40,617 nucleotides of DNA from Candidatus Dojkabacteria bacterium. Its GTDB lineage: Bacteria > Patescibacteriota > Dojkabacteria > B142 > JAFGMG01. Location: the NCBI GenBank assembly GCA_016927655.1, contig JAFGMG010000012.1:1-40617 (forward strand). The letters are read 5' to 3'. The notes below the pieces were generated by a model. It saw nothing but the letters and a program-made list of their open reading frames with translations. It was not told the DNA's origin and did not search any database. A program made the position numbers and the translations under genes. This document shows, one piece after another, positions 17,566 through 28,024 of this stretch. Within the stretch, counting starts at the first letter, position 1. Each line of letters opens with the position of its first letter.

Positions 17566-20500
17566 TTACGTGTTATTAACTAAATCAACTACCCACTCTA
17601 GATCAATTGGAACAGGGTCATATAAATCCATTATACACTGTCCATTGTCAGTTCTATAGCTTGAAACACCTTGTATTTGAGCAAGCCTATCTAGTACAAG
17701 CAAAACTTCAAATGAAAATCCTGGATTTGTTTCAATTGGACCGTATTTTTGCAGATATTCTCCAGGTCGTTCTGGATTAAATTCATAAAGCATACTACAT
17801 CCATCTAACTTTCTTGTAACGCATGCCAGCTCCTCATCAAAATTCTGCGGAGGAGTACCACAATAAACCCCGCATCCGAACACATCACTTTTGAAGCCCT
17901 TGTTTTTGAATGTTGGGTTCATTCCATTTTCTGATAGCCATATAGATACTAAAAGCTGGAATTTGATGTCATCGTGCGCTTCTTTATACATCTCGTCCAT
18001 GAACTGATTTATCTCTGGTATTGAGTAATAATCTATTTCGTTGTATGAGGCACCTAAATAATCTATATTTTTATTCGCCAGTTTCACTACCCAATTCTTT
18101 ATCTTGTTTTTGCAGCTCTCATCGCATGTGCTGATTTGAATTGGACATGTGTTTATTAATTTTTGCTGCATTTCTCCTACATTACCGTATTCAAAAATCC
18201 CTTCTGTACTTACAGCTTCCTGCGCAATTTCTAATATACGAGCACTTTGATACCCTTCTTCGCCCTCTAATGTCTCACAAACCTCAAGCCCCATGAATCT
18301 ATCCCCAGATCCTGTATATTCATTTTCATCCAAGTACGCCAAAGGATCAACTGTGCAATCAAGGCCATCATAGTCATAGCAGCCTTCGTAGCGAAGTTCG
18401 AAATGCAGATGCGGACCAGTTGAATTCCCGCTGTTTCCTGTGTATCCAATTTGATCGCCTTGTAAGACTGTATCACTAATCGCCACCGAAACAGAATTTA
18501 GATGAGCATAAACGCTGTGAAAATCACCATGATCAATTACAATCAAGCCGCCGTAGCTGCTGTCTTGATACAAACCATTCCCTATTGTCACAGTTTCTCC
18601 CGGATTTCTTGCATAAATTACTTTCCCATCTGCAACTGCAAGAAGTACAGAATTTACAGGCGTTCCTATATCAATACCCGGATGAATCGCTGCATTTGCA
18701 GACAGATAAGGTGTTACTCCATAATATTGAGTGATATTTCTACTTGTAACCGGCCATATTAAATTTACGTTACCAAGTTCTCTATCAGATACTGGAATAT
18801 CTTCCATCGGTATACATTCATTTATGCAGTATTTCGCAGTAAGAAGATCATTCTGGCAAAGCCACTGATTGAGAGGATCAACCTGATACTTCGTGCCTAG
18901 ACAGTCTGTTGTATTGATAAGTCTTATTAAAAGTTCCCTCTTCTGCTCTGACATATTTGAATTATTTTCTATACTGTCTGCTAGATCGCCTAAGTCGCTG
19001 CATGTGAAAATATTGCTAGGATTACCAAGCGTGTCCTGGACTTTTGTAATTATCTGAGATTCAGAAGAAAGATTTAGAAATGTCGTCATTAATTTCAACT
19101 CATCCTTCCTACTATTTAAATAGTCATCTTCAATAGTGTCAGTAAATATCAAACTGCTCCTTTTTGACATATTTACTATCTGGCCAAGCCACGGGATATA
19201 ATGATCTGCAGCTCCAATTGATTTGCCGGTTATCCCTCTCAAATTTTCGGTCACCGGCGCTAGTGACAGGCTTCCGTCAATCAGCTCATATTGAGTACAG
19301 CTCGCATCAGTGGAAAGTGGCTGTTTGTAATCACCTTTAAAGTTTGTTCCGTCGTATAGCTTCTTTTCAGTTTTAACTATTATTCCAGATTGATCTTTGT
19401 GAATAATTTGATATCTCCCATACCACGGATTATCCAGCAATTCTTCTTTGTACATCTGGGCAAGTGCCTGCCCTGCACCCGGTATTTCAATTTTTTCAGT
19501 TGCTACGGTTTGAGCTACTGTATTGCCGTCAATTTTTAAATACGAAGAACTGGCTCCACCGCTGGCATCTATTCTTCCTTCAGATACTGCGTCTAGATAG
19601 CCCTGTCGATCAAATTCGATCATATCATCATAAATTATGATTTCGGGCCCGATTAGATTGTCAGTATTATTTACATGGTTTATGACTCCGCCGCATCTAT
19701 ATTCATCGCCAGTTAATTCAGAGATTGTCAATTTGCTTCCACCTTCTGGGATAGGACCTGTAATTTCTTGTGTAAATGCTGAAGAGTTTGTAGCGTCAAT
19801 GCTATTATATGGCGGGAATCTTGAGTCCAATTCTCTAAGACTCATTGATTCTTCAGAATTTAGGGCCCAATAAATCATACAAGCAAGGGAATTCCCAAGT
19901 GCCGGCATTTGATAATCTGATACTTCTCCATTTTCATGTGTAATTTTTACAAGTCCAGAAAATTGCGCAGCAAGATTAAACTGGCTTGACATTTGTTTAT
20001 CGAACGCACAAGGAGGAAGAAATGGATTTTCATTTGTGCCTGGATAATCCGCTGTGTCATAAAGATTGCTGCTACCCATCCAGTTTAGAAGAGAGAAACC
20101 CGTAATTTGCTGCGTAATGACTGCTCTTGCACTATAACCGCCTAGATCATTTGACTTCATACTTACTCCAGCAAATACATCATCGTATTTGCCCCTGGCT
20201 TGTCCTGATGGGGTAGTGTTTACTCTCTCGCATGATTCAAGGGAAGGATAGTCCGAAACAGCGGAAAGCTTGCACGAATAATCAGACGTTGTCTCGGCTG
20301 TTCGAGCAGAGCATTGTTCAAATAAATACGCCCAGACCTCAGAGCTTATGCTTAAATTTTCGTTTCCAGAGTTGCTTCCTCGCCAGCCCCAGGGAGAAAA
20401 AATATAAACACCATCAATCTTATCCAAATTTGCATTTACAAAACCCAGCAAATTTTCTGCATAGCCATCAATATCTGGTGCTTGATTAATCTGATTAGCT

Positions 20501-21387
20501 CCAAATATTGTGTATTTAACATCTGTTATTCCTTTATCAGCTAAAATCTGTTCATACTTCGCAAACATTGTTGCAAAATTGTCGGCATGACCTGCGCTTT
20601 CTGTATCATATTGAATACTTAAGCCGAAATTAGCAAAATCACTTGCACTTCCTGCCAACTGACCATTCCCATCTCCAAAGTAATTACCTGTGAATTCTGA
20701 AATATAGTTTGCGTTGTTTGGATTGTGATAATTAAATGCTGGGAACACCAAATAATCAACTGTGTTGCTTATCTCTGGGTTATCGTTTGCCTTGAGGCCG
20801 TCTACGACTTCTTTTAGCCATTTCGAACCATCAATCGGAGCATTATCTCCATATTTCCATGCAAGTTCTGTTCTTGGTTCATTTACCGGCATTACTTGAA
20901 TATCTACACCAAGATTGCTTGTCACTTCTATGATAGTTGATATCTTTCTAATCGCATCGGCAGCTTCAAATACATTTGGCTCCTCACCATACCCAAGCCT
21001 AAATAGATGGACTGATTTACCTGATGGAAGTTTTGCAGCCTCGATTATCTGCGATTCTGATGTCCCTGGCAATACAGCTGTACCTACAACTGCTAATCTC
21101 GTTTCATTGTAATAGGCTGCATATGAGTCCCCCGCAGGGACAGATGTCTCAACCCCAGTCTCCAACCCCAAAACGTCGCATGCGCTTGTCTTGTTTTCGA
21201 TTCCGCGGACTTCTCCTGCATATTTCCTTGTGACTTCCTGATCTTCTGCTCTTTGCTTTGCAATAAATATGCTCGCTAGAGCGATGGTTGTTACTCCAAT
21301 AAGCAGGAAAAACGCGAGACGATTATTTTCCTTCGAGGGACTGTTTTTCATTATTCTCATTCTAGAGAAGTTTGACTCAATTGACAA
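17566..21387 (-). CDS. Large membrane-anchored, Cys-rich extracellular protein with M23 peptidase domain
   Basis: N-terminal TM; WPV..RNITQYYG, HPGIDIG (HxxxD), YAHL, GNSGNSTGPHLHFE (HxH), VDPLAYL. The true start may be a slightly downstream Met. Confidence 0.85.
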   Translation of the reverse strand: MSIESNFSRMRIMKNSPSKENNRLAFFLLIGVTTIALASIFIAKQRAEDQEVTRKYAGEVRGIENKTSACDVLGLETGVETSVPAGDSYAAYYNETRLAVVGTAVLPGTSESQIIEAAKLPSGKSVHLFRLGYGEEPNVFEAADAIRKISTIIEVTSNLGVDIQVMPVNEPRTELAWKYGDNAPIDGSKWLKEVVDGLKANDNPEISNTVDYLVFPAFNYHNPNNANYISEFTGNYFGDGNGQLAGSASDFANFGLSIQYDTESAGHADNFATMFAKYEQILADKGITDVKYTIFGANQINQAPDIDGYAENLLGFVNANLDKIDGVYIFSPWGWRGSNSGNENLSISSEVWAYLFEQCSARTAETTSDYSCKLSAVSDYPSLESCERVNTTPSGQARGKYDDVFAGVSMKSNDLGGYSARAVITQQITGFSLLNWMGSSNLYDTADYPGTNENPFLPPCAFDKQMSSQFNLAAQFSGLVKITHENGEVSDYQMPALGNSLACMIYWALNSEESMSLRELDSRFPPYNSIDATNSSAFTQEITGPIPEGGSKLTISELTGDEYRCGGVINHVNNTDNLIGPEIIIYDDMIEFDRQGYLDAVSEGRIDASGGASSSYLKIDGNTVAQTVATEKIEIPGAGQALAQMYKEELLDNPWYGRYQIIHKDQSGIIVKTEKKLYDGTNFKGDYKQPLSTDASCTQYELIDGSLSLAPVTENLRGITGKSIGAADHYIPWLGQIVNMSKRSSLIFTDTIEDDYLNSRKDELKLMTTFLNLSSESQIITKVQDTLGNPSNIFTCSDLGDLADSIENNSNMSEQKRELLIRLINTTDCLGTKYQVDPLNQWLCQNDLLTAKYCINECIPMEDIPVSDRELGNVNLIWPVTSRNITQYYGVTPYLSANAAIHPGIDIGTPVNSVLLAVADGKVIYARNPGETVTIGNGLYQDSSYGGLIVIDHGDFHSVYAHLNSVSVAISDTVLQGDQIGYTGNSGNSTGPHLHFELRYEGCYDYDGLDCTVDPLAYLDENEYTGSGDRFMGLEVCETLEGEEGYQSARILEIAQEAVSTEGIFEYGNVGEMQQKLINTCPIQISTCDESCKNKIKNWVVKLANKNIDYLGASYNEIDYYSIPEINQFMDEMYKEAHDDIKFQLLVSIWLSENGMNPTFKNKGFKSDVFGCGVYCGTPPQNFDEELACVTRKLDGCSMLYEFNPERPGEYLQKYGPIETNPGFSFEVLLVLDRLAQIQGVSSYRTDNGQCIMDLYDPVPIDLEWVVDLVNNT

Positions 21388-21415
21388 CTCGGAAGGGTTT
21401 TATCATAATAATTCT

Positions 21416-22087
21416 ATGCAGGATCAATTCGGCTCACACAAACTTTATACCTGGACACATGCACATCTTGTAAATGTTCTTTGTGGCGGAGCAGACCCGA
21501 TTTTAAAGGACCCGTTCCTTATAAACGCTTTTAAAAACATAGACCGCGCAGATTTTGTCCCTGAAAATCTAAAAGGAGAAGCTTATTCTGATAAACCACT
21601 CGAAATTGGCTATGGACAGACTATTTCGCAGCCGACAACAGTTGCAAAAATGCTTTCCCTTTTACGCCCAAGAGAAGGGAAAAAATATCTCGATATTGGT
21701 GCGGGCTCAGGGTATGCTGCCGCACTACTTGCCTATATAGCAGGTGATGCGGGAAAAGTCTTTGCAATTGAGCGCAATCAGTACCTTGCGGATATGGCCA
21801 GATTAAACATTTCCAAATATCCAAATTTAAGTCCAAGAGTTGAGGTAATTTTCAAAGATGGCTCCAAAGGACTCGTAGAAAAAGCCCCATATGATTTTAT
21901 CCACGCTGCAGCTGCGTTCGATTCTATTCCACTAGAAATCAGAAATCAGCTTGCAATTGGCGGCAGAATGATTGCTCCTACTTCAAAAGACGACATAAGA
22001 CTTATTGAGAGAGTTTCTCCAACTGAATTTGACGAGAGGATTATTCCTGGTTATCTTTTTGTACCAATTATTGAGGGTATTGAATAG
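21416..22087 (+). CDS. pcm: Protein-L-isoaspartate O-methyltransferase
   Basis: IDRADFV, AYSD.PL.IGYGQTISQP, LDIGAGSGY, APYDFI, QLAIGGRM, FVPI. ATG 21416 preferred; the 21269 start overlaps the M23 gene. Confidence 0.95.
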   Translation: MQDQFGSHKLYTWTHAHLVNVLCGGADPILKDPFLINAFKNIDRADFVPENLKGEAYSDKPLEIGYGQTISQPTTVAKMLSLLRPREGKKYLDIGAGSGYAAALLAYIAGDAGKVFAIERNQYLADMARLNISKYPNLSPRVEVIFKDGSKGLVEKAPYDFIHAAAAFDSIPLEIRNQLAIGGRMIAPTSKDDIRLIERVSPTEFDERIIPGYLFVPIIEGIE

Positions 22088-22093
22088 CTGATT

Positions 22094-22459
22094 CTATTCC
22101 TCGCTTTTTCTGAAGTAATATCCAACTACAAATCCAAGAGGACCAGATAAAATTCCAGAAATAGTTAAAAGCACTTCCTGAGTATTATTCAATTGATCTC
22201 CTTCCATGAAAAATCCAAGAATCATTCCAAGACACATCAGAATAATAAATCCAATAAGAAAAATTAGAGCGAAAGTGCTCCTGGTCACTTCACGTTTTTC
22301 TTTGACTTTGAGAAAAGTTTGATTTTCAATCTCGGGAATCTTTTCAATCTTTTCAACACCTTCTTTTTCAAGACCTTCAACAGGAACAGAAGTCACTTCG
22401 AAATCTGGCTCAAAATCTATCTCTGGTGCATTTTCATAATCAGTATTTTTTTGCGCCAT
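22094..22459 (-). CDS. Hypothetical 2-TM protein with acidic N-terminus
   Basis: Two hydrophobic helices, C-terminal SGPLGFVVGYYF. Confidence 0.75.
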   Translation of the reverse strand: MAQKNTDYENAPEIDFEPDFEVTSVPVEGLEKEGVEKIEKIPEIENQTFLKVKEKREVTRSTFALIFLIGFIILMCLGMILGFFMEGDQLNNTQEVLLTISGILSGPLGFVVGYYFRKSEE

Positions 22460-22473
22460 TATTTATACTTCTA

Positions 22474-22713
22474 TTATTTAATCTCAACACGTCTTTTGTA
22501 TTCCTCAAATTCATCCACCTCCCATTTTTGTTCGCTGTTTTTATCTTTAAGCTCGACTTTTCTTCCGATAGATAATTCCAGCAGCGAGATAGCTTTTACA
22601 AGCACTTCACTGGCAGATTTTACCTTCATGTCATTTTGCAGTGCTTTTATTCTTCTGCTTAGACCTTCTGGAAATACAAACGCTAAGTTTTTTTCTTCAG
22701 TTTTTTTCGCCAT
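22474..22713 (-). CDS. Small protein, possible ribbon-helix-helix fold
   Basis: NLAFVFPEGLSRRIKALQ...SASEVLVKAISLL fits a beta-helix-helix pattern. Confidence 0.55.
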   Translation of the reverse strand: MAKKTEEKNLAFVFPEGLSRRIKALQNDMKVKSASEVLVKAISLLELSIGRKVELKDKNSEQKWEVDEFEEYKRRVEIK

Positions 22714-23224
22714 TATTTTTTAATTTTACTGTTATCTGCGCAATACCTGCCGCACTTCCTAAAATTTCAATTAACCTTGCATATATTTCATTATCGAACG
22801 ATTTTACTTCAATTTCAAGCTCGTTTAGAAGCAACTGATTCATTTGGTCAATTATGACATATGCAAAATTATCAAAAATGCATTCAATTGCCGATGCTGC
22901 CAGATCGTTTATATAGTTTATCCGAAGCTCTTTTTTGAGCACATTGCCTAAATTCCTGTCAACCTTGAATCCTTCTAAATAGCTATCTAGCAGCTCAAAT
23001 GAAAATGATTCGTCTATATCGTACATTCTTTCAAATTCAAAAATTGCTCCATCCCCTTTTCTGGCCTCCCTACACATAGAAAGAGCATTTTCAAATTCGA
23101 GTGTTTCGGCAGTTTTTTGTAGCACTGATTCAATTTCCTTATCTTCAATCAGTATCTTTCGTTTTTCATTAGATTCAATTTCTAAAACTAGAGCCTTATT
23201 TTTTTGAGATAATATTCCTTTCAT
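22697..23224 (-). CDS. Hypothetical protein
   Basis: 175-aa acidic ORF within a tight minus-strand run. Confidence 0.65.
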   Translation of the reverse strand: MKGILSQKNKALVLEIESNEKRKILIEDKEIESVLQKTAETLEFENALSMCREARKGDGAIFEFERMYDIDESFSFELLDSYLEGFKVDRNLGNVLKKELRINYINDLAASAIECIFDNFAYVIIDQMNQLLLNELEIEVKSFDNEIYARLIEILGSAAGIAQITVKLKNNGEKN

Positions 23225-23230
23225 ATGTGT

Positions 23231-23467
23231 TTATATCACACCAGCAAGCACAAGGACAATAAGCACAACAAAAAGGACCGTTATGATGAAAAATCCCAGT
23301 CCAATAAATGGCCTTGCAAAATTCTGCCAGCCGGTTTGATCAGTCAAATCTTTACTGGATAATCGAAGCGACAAAAAGGATATTGTAGATAGTATCAAAA
23401 TGACTCCTGCCCCGATTCCCACCCATTGTAATATTGTCTCTAAATCGCTGCTTATTTCTGGAATCAT
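23231..23467 (-). CDS. Hypothetical 2-TM protein
   Basis: Abuts the Clp stop codon; two hydrophobic segments. Confidence 0.7.
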   Translation of the reverse strand: MIPEISSDLETILQWVGIGAGVILILSTISFLSLRLSSKDLTDQTGWQNFARPFIGLGFFIITVLFVVLIVLVLAGVI

Positions 23468-25975
23468 TTATTTTTTTTCAAAAGTAAAATTATCTTTTGT
23501 AAAATCTATTAGAATTTTATCTTTTTTCTTGAATTTACCCTCAAGGATCATTTTCGATAAAGTGCTGTCTATCTCTCGCTGAATTGTCCTTCGAAGCGGT
23601 CTTGCTCCAAATTGCGGATCATATCCAAGTCTTGCAAGTTCAGCTACTGCTTTTTCGCTCACCTCCAATTTCATGCCCTGTGCTGATAACAGTTTTTCTG
23701 TTTTTCCAAGCATCAGCCTGATTATATTTTCAAGCTGCTTTTCGTCTAGCGATTTAAAAACAATTATTTCATCTACTCTATTTATAAATTCGGGTCTAAA
23801 TGTCTTTTTCAGCTCCTCCATCATTTCTTCCTTCAGCTCGATCCAGTCTTTTTCAAATACTTCACCTGTAGCCTTTTTAATTTCCTGCGATTTGATTTTT
23901 TCTAATATTATTTCAGATCCGATATTTGATGTAGCAATAATAATTGTGTTTTTGAAATCGACTGTTCTGCCCTTGCTATCTGTCAGTCTTCCATCTTCAA
24001 GAATTTGAAGCAGAATATTAAACACATCTGGATGTGCTTTTTCAATCTCATCAAGAAGGATCACACTATATGGCCTTCTTCGTATCTGTTCTGTAAGCTG
24101 GCCGCCCTCTTCATATCCTACGTATCCTGGCGGTGAGCCGATCAATCTGGAAACAGCGAAGCGCTCCATATATTCACTCATATCCAGCCTGATAATTGAT
24201 TCCTCATCGCCAAATATGTACTCAGCAAGTGCTTTTGCCAGTTCAGTTTTGCCAACACCAGTTGGCCCCAGGAAAATAAACGAAGCAATCGGCCTATTAG
24301 GATCCTGAAGACCTGCCCTGCTCCTTCTAATTGCATCTGAAACAAGTCTAACAGCGTCTTCCTGCCCGACAATTCTTCCATGCAGTTTTTCTTCTAATTT
24401 GATGAGCGACTCCTTCTCCTCCTGTTTTAATTCACTTACTGGGATACCTGTCATTCTTGAAAGGATTTCTGCAACATCTTCAACTTTTACTTCTGAGCTG
24501 CCAGTCCCTCGTTTTTTCATCCATTCCTCTTCAATAGGAGCTAGTCTTTCACTTTGTTTTTCAATTTGCTGCTTTAGTTCTGCTGCCTCCTTATGTTTAC
24601 CGGCTCTTGTGAGGGATTCGCGCTCTCTTTCCAGTTTTGCAATCTGAGATTTATACTCACGAAGTTCTTCTGGCTCTGAAGTTGAGGTCAGTCTAACTTT
24701 ACTTGCGGCTTCATCAATTATATCTATTGCTTTATCTGGTAGAAATCTGTCTTTTATATATCTATCAGAAAGATTTGCCGCAGCAACGAGTGCTTCATCG
24801 CTAATTTTTATCCTGTGATGCGCCTCATATTGATCTCTGATGCCTCTTAGTATTTCAATTGTCTGTTCCACATTTGGCTCGTCCACAAGCACAGGCTGAA
24901 ACCTTCTTTCAAGTGCAGCGTCTTTCTCAATGTATTTTTTGTATTCACTAAGAGTTGTTGCGCCTACAACCTGCAGCTCGCCTCTTGCCAGCGCCGGCTT
25001 TAGCATATTTGAAAGATCCAGACCACCCTCCTGCGCTCCGGAGCCGACTATTGTATGAAGCTCATCTATGAATAATATCGTTTCTCTTTCATTTTTTTCT
25101 AGTTCTTCTATCAGCTTTTTAGCGCGTTCCTCAAACTCTCCGCGGTATTTCGAACCTGCAACAAGCATTCCAAGATCCAATGCCTTTACTTTCTTCCCTT
25201 TCAGACTTTCAGGAACGTTTTCTGTGACTATTCTATGTGCCAAGCCCTCTGCGATGGCAGTTTTTCCTACACCCGGCTCACCAATCAATACCGGGTTATT
25301 TTTTCTGCGCCTTGCAAGTATTTCTATCACTCTTGTTATCTCGTCACTTCTGCCTATTACAGGATCAATCTTGCCCTGGGCTGCGAGCACTGTCAGGTCT
25401 CTCGAATACTTGTCTAATTCAGGCGTACCACTTTTCTCAGCTGTAATATTCCCCTCCTTGTCACCCTCTCCGACAAGTTTTATAACAGCCTGTCTGACTT
25501 TTGGATGAGTTAGGGTGTGTTTCTTTAGAATCTGCGCTGCGAGTCCTTCATCTTCTCTAATTAATGCTAATAGAATGTGTTCTGTACCAATATAATTGTG
25601 GTTTAATTCCTGCGCCTCTTGATAGGATAATTGTAAAACTCTTTTGGCTCTTGGGGTAAGCCCGGGAGATTCACCTTCATAATTACCACTGGAAGTTTGT
25701 GAGTCGACATAATCCAATAACTCTTTTTGATCTATTCCGAGAGATTTAAATAGTCTCCTCATCAATTCTCCATCATTTAGGATTCCGTATAGAAGATGCT
25801 CTGTATCGATATTTGCTTGTTTTTTCTCCAGTGTATAAATTGCAGCTTTTTGGATTGCATCCTTTGTCCTTTCAGCGAATAGTTCTGTCAGATCGATTCT
25901 TTCCTGCGGCTGCTGCTGCATTTTTTTTAATCTTTCAAATGGGTCTTCATCGAAAAACGGATCATCTGAAAACAT
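23468..25975 (-). CDS. Hsp100/Clp AAA+ ATPase (ClpC/ClpG-like, short middle domain)
   Basis: Two Clp_N repeats (TEHLL/TEHIL), [21 protein letters not shown], short coiled coil, [32 protein letters not shown]. Confidence 0.95.
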   Translation of the reverse strand: MFSDDPFFDEDPFERLKKMQQQPQERIDLTELFAERTKDAIQKAAIYTLEKKQANIDTEHLLYGILNDGELMRRLFKSLGIDQKELLDYVDSQTSSGNYEGESPGLTPRAKRVLQLSYQEAQELNHNYIGTEHILLALIREDEGLAAQILKKHTLTHPKVRQAVIKLVGEGDKEGNITAEKSGTPELDKYSRDLTVLAAQGKIDPVIGRSDEITRVIEILARRRKNNPVLIGEPGVGKTAIAEGLAHRIVTENVPESLKGKKVKALDLGMLVAGSKYRGEFEERAKKLIEELEKNERETILFIDELHTIVGSGAQEGGLDLSNMLKPALARGELQVVGATTLSEYKKYIEKDAALERRFQPVLVDEPNVEQTIEILRGIRDQYEAHHRIKISDEALVAAANLSDRYIKDRFLPDKAIDIIDEAASKVRLTSTSEPEELREYKSQIAKLERERESLTRAGKHKEAAELKQQIEKQSERLAPIEEEWMKKRGTGSSEVKVEDVAEILSRMTGIPVSELKQEEKESLIKLEEKLHGRIVGQEDAVRLVSDAIRRSRAGLQDPNRPIASFIFLGPTGVGKTELAKALAEYIFGDEESIIRLDMSEYMERFAVSRLIGSPPGYVGYEEGGQLTEQIRRRPYSVILLDEIEKAHPDVFNILLQILEDGRLTDSKGRTVDFKNTIIIATSNIGSEIILEKIKSQEIKKATGEVFEKDWIELKEEMMEELKKTFRPEFINRVDEIIVFKSLDEKQLENIIRLMLGKTEKLLSAQGMKLEVSEKAVAELARLGYDPQFGARPLRRTIQREIDSTLSKMILEGKFKKKDKILIDFTKDNFTFEKK

Positions 25976-26004
25976 TTTCTTTGAGAATTAACAACTACTG
26001 AAAC

Positions 26005-26034
26005 ATTCTAGCAAAGAATAGAAGCATGTGCCAA
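26005..26034 (-). promoter_or_regulatory. Promoter of the clp operon with degenerate CIRCE-like inverted repeat
   Basis: TTGGCA-18-TAGAAT with extended TG. + strand CTAGCAAAG-N9-ATGTGCCAA versus CIRCE TTAGCACTC-N9-GAGTGCTAA. Confidence 0.45.
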
Positions 26035-26042
26035 AATTATTC

Positions 26043-27029
26043 TTAAATAATTCCTGCCTTTTGCCTTATACGTCTATCACTTCTTATACCATGGATAATA
26101 TCTCTAAGTGCTATTGCTCCAACTACGATCATTCCAGCAACCGTACCTCCAAGGCCGATTTTTAAAATATCTTTCTCCGTTAAATTATTTACCCCAAGTT
26201 TTTCTGCAATTGTTTCGTTTGCAACTACGATACTAAATTCCTTCGCGACTACTATATCAGAAGCATTTTGCACGGCCGTATCTTCATTATCAATCAGTGT
26301 CATGTTTGCATCTACACGAACGGCAATAGCAGTATTGTTAAAGCCGCAGGGATTTGTTTTAGCGTCATCTTCACTAACAATTGAAACGACTAATCCAACA
26401 AGGTTGTTTGTTCCTTCTTCATATATTGGACTCCCGCTGTCACCAAAACAAATCCCCGAATCCCCAGTACCTCTAAGCCTAAACGTCTTTGAATTTATAT
26501 CTGATATGCAAAGCTGTGCACTTTTTCTAAGCATTGGAGGATCTTCCGGCAGCTCAGTTCTTCCATATGCGATAACCCGGTAATTGCAGCCTACAGCGGG
26601 CTCTTTAATATCAGCAAATGAAGTAAAAAACCCATCATTTGAAAACCTTAATAGTGCAAAATCATCTGTGCGCGATTCCTCCCTCACCCAGCCTTCTTTT
26701 TGAATTGCCTTCGTCACCTGCTGATCATCTGATCTAGTCGAGGTATATATTCCTTTCCCAAGATACATACCTGTAGCATCATCTACGCAATGTGCTGCAG
26801 TTACAGCTTTCGTTCCATCTATCACAGAATATCCACAGGTTTTTATACCAGTTGATGTTTCAGTTATCACGTATCCAGCAGAGGGATAGCCAAATTCGCT
26901 GACTCCCCCATAAAGCGCTGAAGAATCATCCGGGGCGACATCCTCATCCTTCTGCAGCACATAGACTAGGTATGCACCCAGTGCAAGAAGTACTAACATA
27001 ATTACTGCCGGGATGATTTTTTTTATCAC
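26043..27029 (-). CDS. Trypsin-like (S1) serine protease with N- and C-terminal hydrophobic anchors
   Basis: TAAHC, DFALL, CFGDSGSP catalytic triad motifs. Confidence 0.92.
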   Translation of the reverse strand: MIKKIIPAVIMLVLLALGAYLVYVLQKDEDVAPDDSSALYGGVSEFGYPSAGYVITETSTGIKTCGYSVIDGTKAVTAAHCVDDATGMYLGKGIYTSTRSDDQQVTKAIQKEGWVREESRTDDFALLRFSNDGFFTSFADIKEPAVGCNYRVIAYGRTELPEDPPMLRKSAQLCISDINSKTFRLRGTGDSGICFGDSGSPIYEEGTNNLVGLVVSIVSEDDAKTNPCGFNNTAIAVRVDANMTLIDNEDTAVQNASDIVVAKEFSIVVANETIAEKLGVNNLTEKDILKIGLGGTVAGMIVVGAIALRDIIHGIRSDRRIRQKAGII

Positions 27030-27053
27030 TATGGTTTTTTAATTTAGCCTATT

Positions 27054-27812
27054 TTACTCTAAAAATCTCAGTGCGTACATAATGATAAGACCGACAGCCA
27101 GCATTCCAAATAGTATTATGTCGTACAATTTCCTTTTTGATTCTTTAATTTCTACAAATAAATCTGATAATGAAATCTGCAGAAATACTCCCGCAACAAA
27201 TGCGATAATCAAAGGCTCTACTGGCTCAAGTTGTTCCGCAAATGCGATATAAATTATAGCTCCAGCTATGCTTGTCAGACCGCTTATAAAATTAAAAAAC
27301 AGTGCTCTCGATTTGCTAAATCCAGCGTGCATTAGAATTCCAAAGTCTGCTATTTCCTGAGGTATCTCGTGTAAAGCGACTGCAAGTGTAACGGACAGAC
27401 CAATTACAGGTGACACTCCGAATGCTGCTGCAATTGCGATTCCGTCCAGGAAATTGTGTAGACCATCTCCAAATAAATTCGTCATATAGAGGACCTTGTT
27501 ATGTCTTGAATGCCCGCATTCTTCACACTCAATCTTGCCATGATGATGCCAGTGCAGATATTTTTCGAAAATGAACAATACCAAAATTCCCATAAGTACT
27601 GCAAACAAGATCTCATCTACATTAGAGCTTTCTTCTAGCGCCTCTGGTAATAGGTGGAAGAATGTATCTCCAAGTAATGTGCCTGCAGCAAGTGCGACTA
27701 GGAAATATGAGATATCTTTCACTTTTTTAGATTTCCAGCCAATAGTGAAAAGCCCCACAAGAGCAATACAAGATATTCCGGCTGAAGATAATATCGCATA
27801 CATAAATGACAT
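27054..27812 (-). CDS. ZIP family metal transporter
   Basis: FHLLPEA, His-rich loop HWHHH..CEECGH, GDGLHNFLDG, ALHEIPQEIADF. Confidence 0.95.
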   Translation of the reverse strand: MSFMYAILSSAGISCIALVGLFTIGWKSKKVKDISYFLVALAAGTLLGDTFFHLLPEALEESSNVDEILFAVLMGILVLFIFEKYLHWHHHGKIECEECGHSRHNKVLYMTNLFGDGLHNFLDGIAIAAAFGVSPVIGLSVTLAVALHEIPQEIADFGILMHAGFSKSRALFFNFISGLTSIAGAIIYIAFAEQLEPVEPLIIAFVAGVFLQISLSDLFVEIKESKRKLYDIILFGMLAVGLIIMYALRFLE

Positions 27813-27917
27813 TACTAAAATTTTATGCTTTTATTGTAACAAGTTTGTCAAATGCAATATTTTGACATAACATCCGACGCCTTACTTAGAAAACCAGATT
27901 AGGAATAGAATTAAGAT

Positions 27918-27932
27918 GATATGACCCACGGG
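27918..27932 (-). repeat. Degenerate third copy of the tRNA-Glu 3' end
   Basis: GATATGACCCACGGG versus GATATGACCCCACGGG at 28653-28668 (one C missing). Confidence 0.55.
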
Positions 27933-28024
27933 TTCAAATGTCGAGCCGGATTATTCAAGCTCCCACAAACTTAACACCAATATCTTACTACTGTAATATA
28001 GAAGTGCTTTTATTATAAACTGAA

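Noticed and set aside
21269-21415. Extended N-termini of pcm (21269), mnmA (35156) and ORF 8863
   Set aside because: They overlap neighbouring genes; downstream starts fit family boundaries better.
27846-27867. TGTCAAA-N8-TTTGACA inverted repeat upstream of the ZIP gene as a Zur/Fur box
   Set aside because: It does not match a metal-regulator consensus I can support and may just be back-to-back -35 elements.
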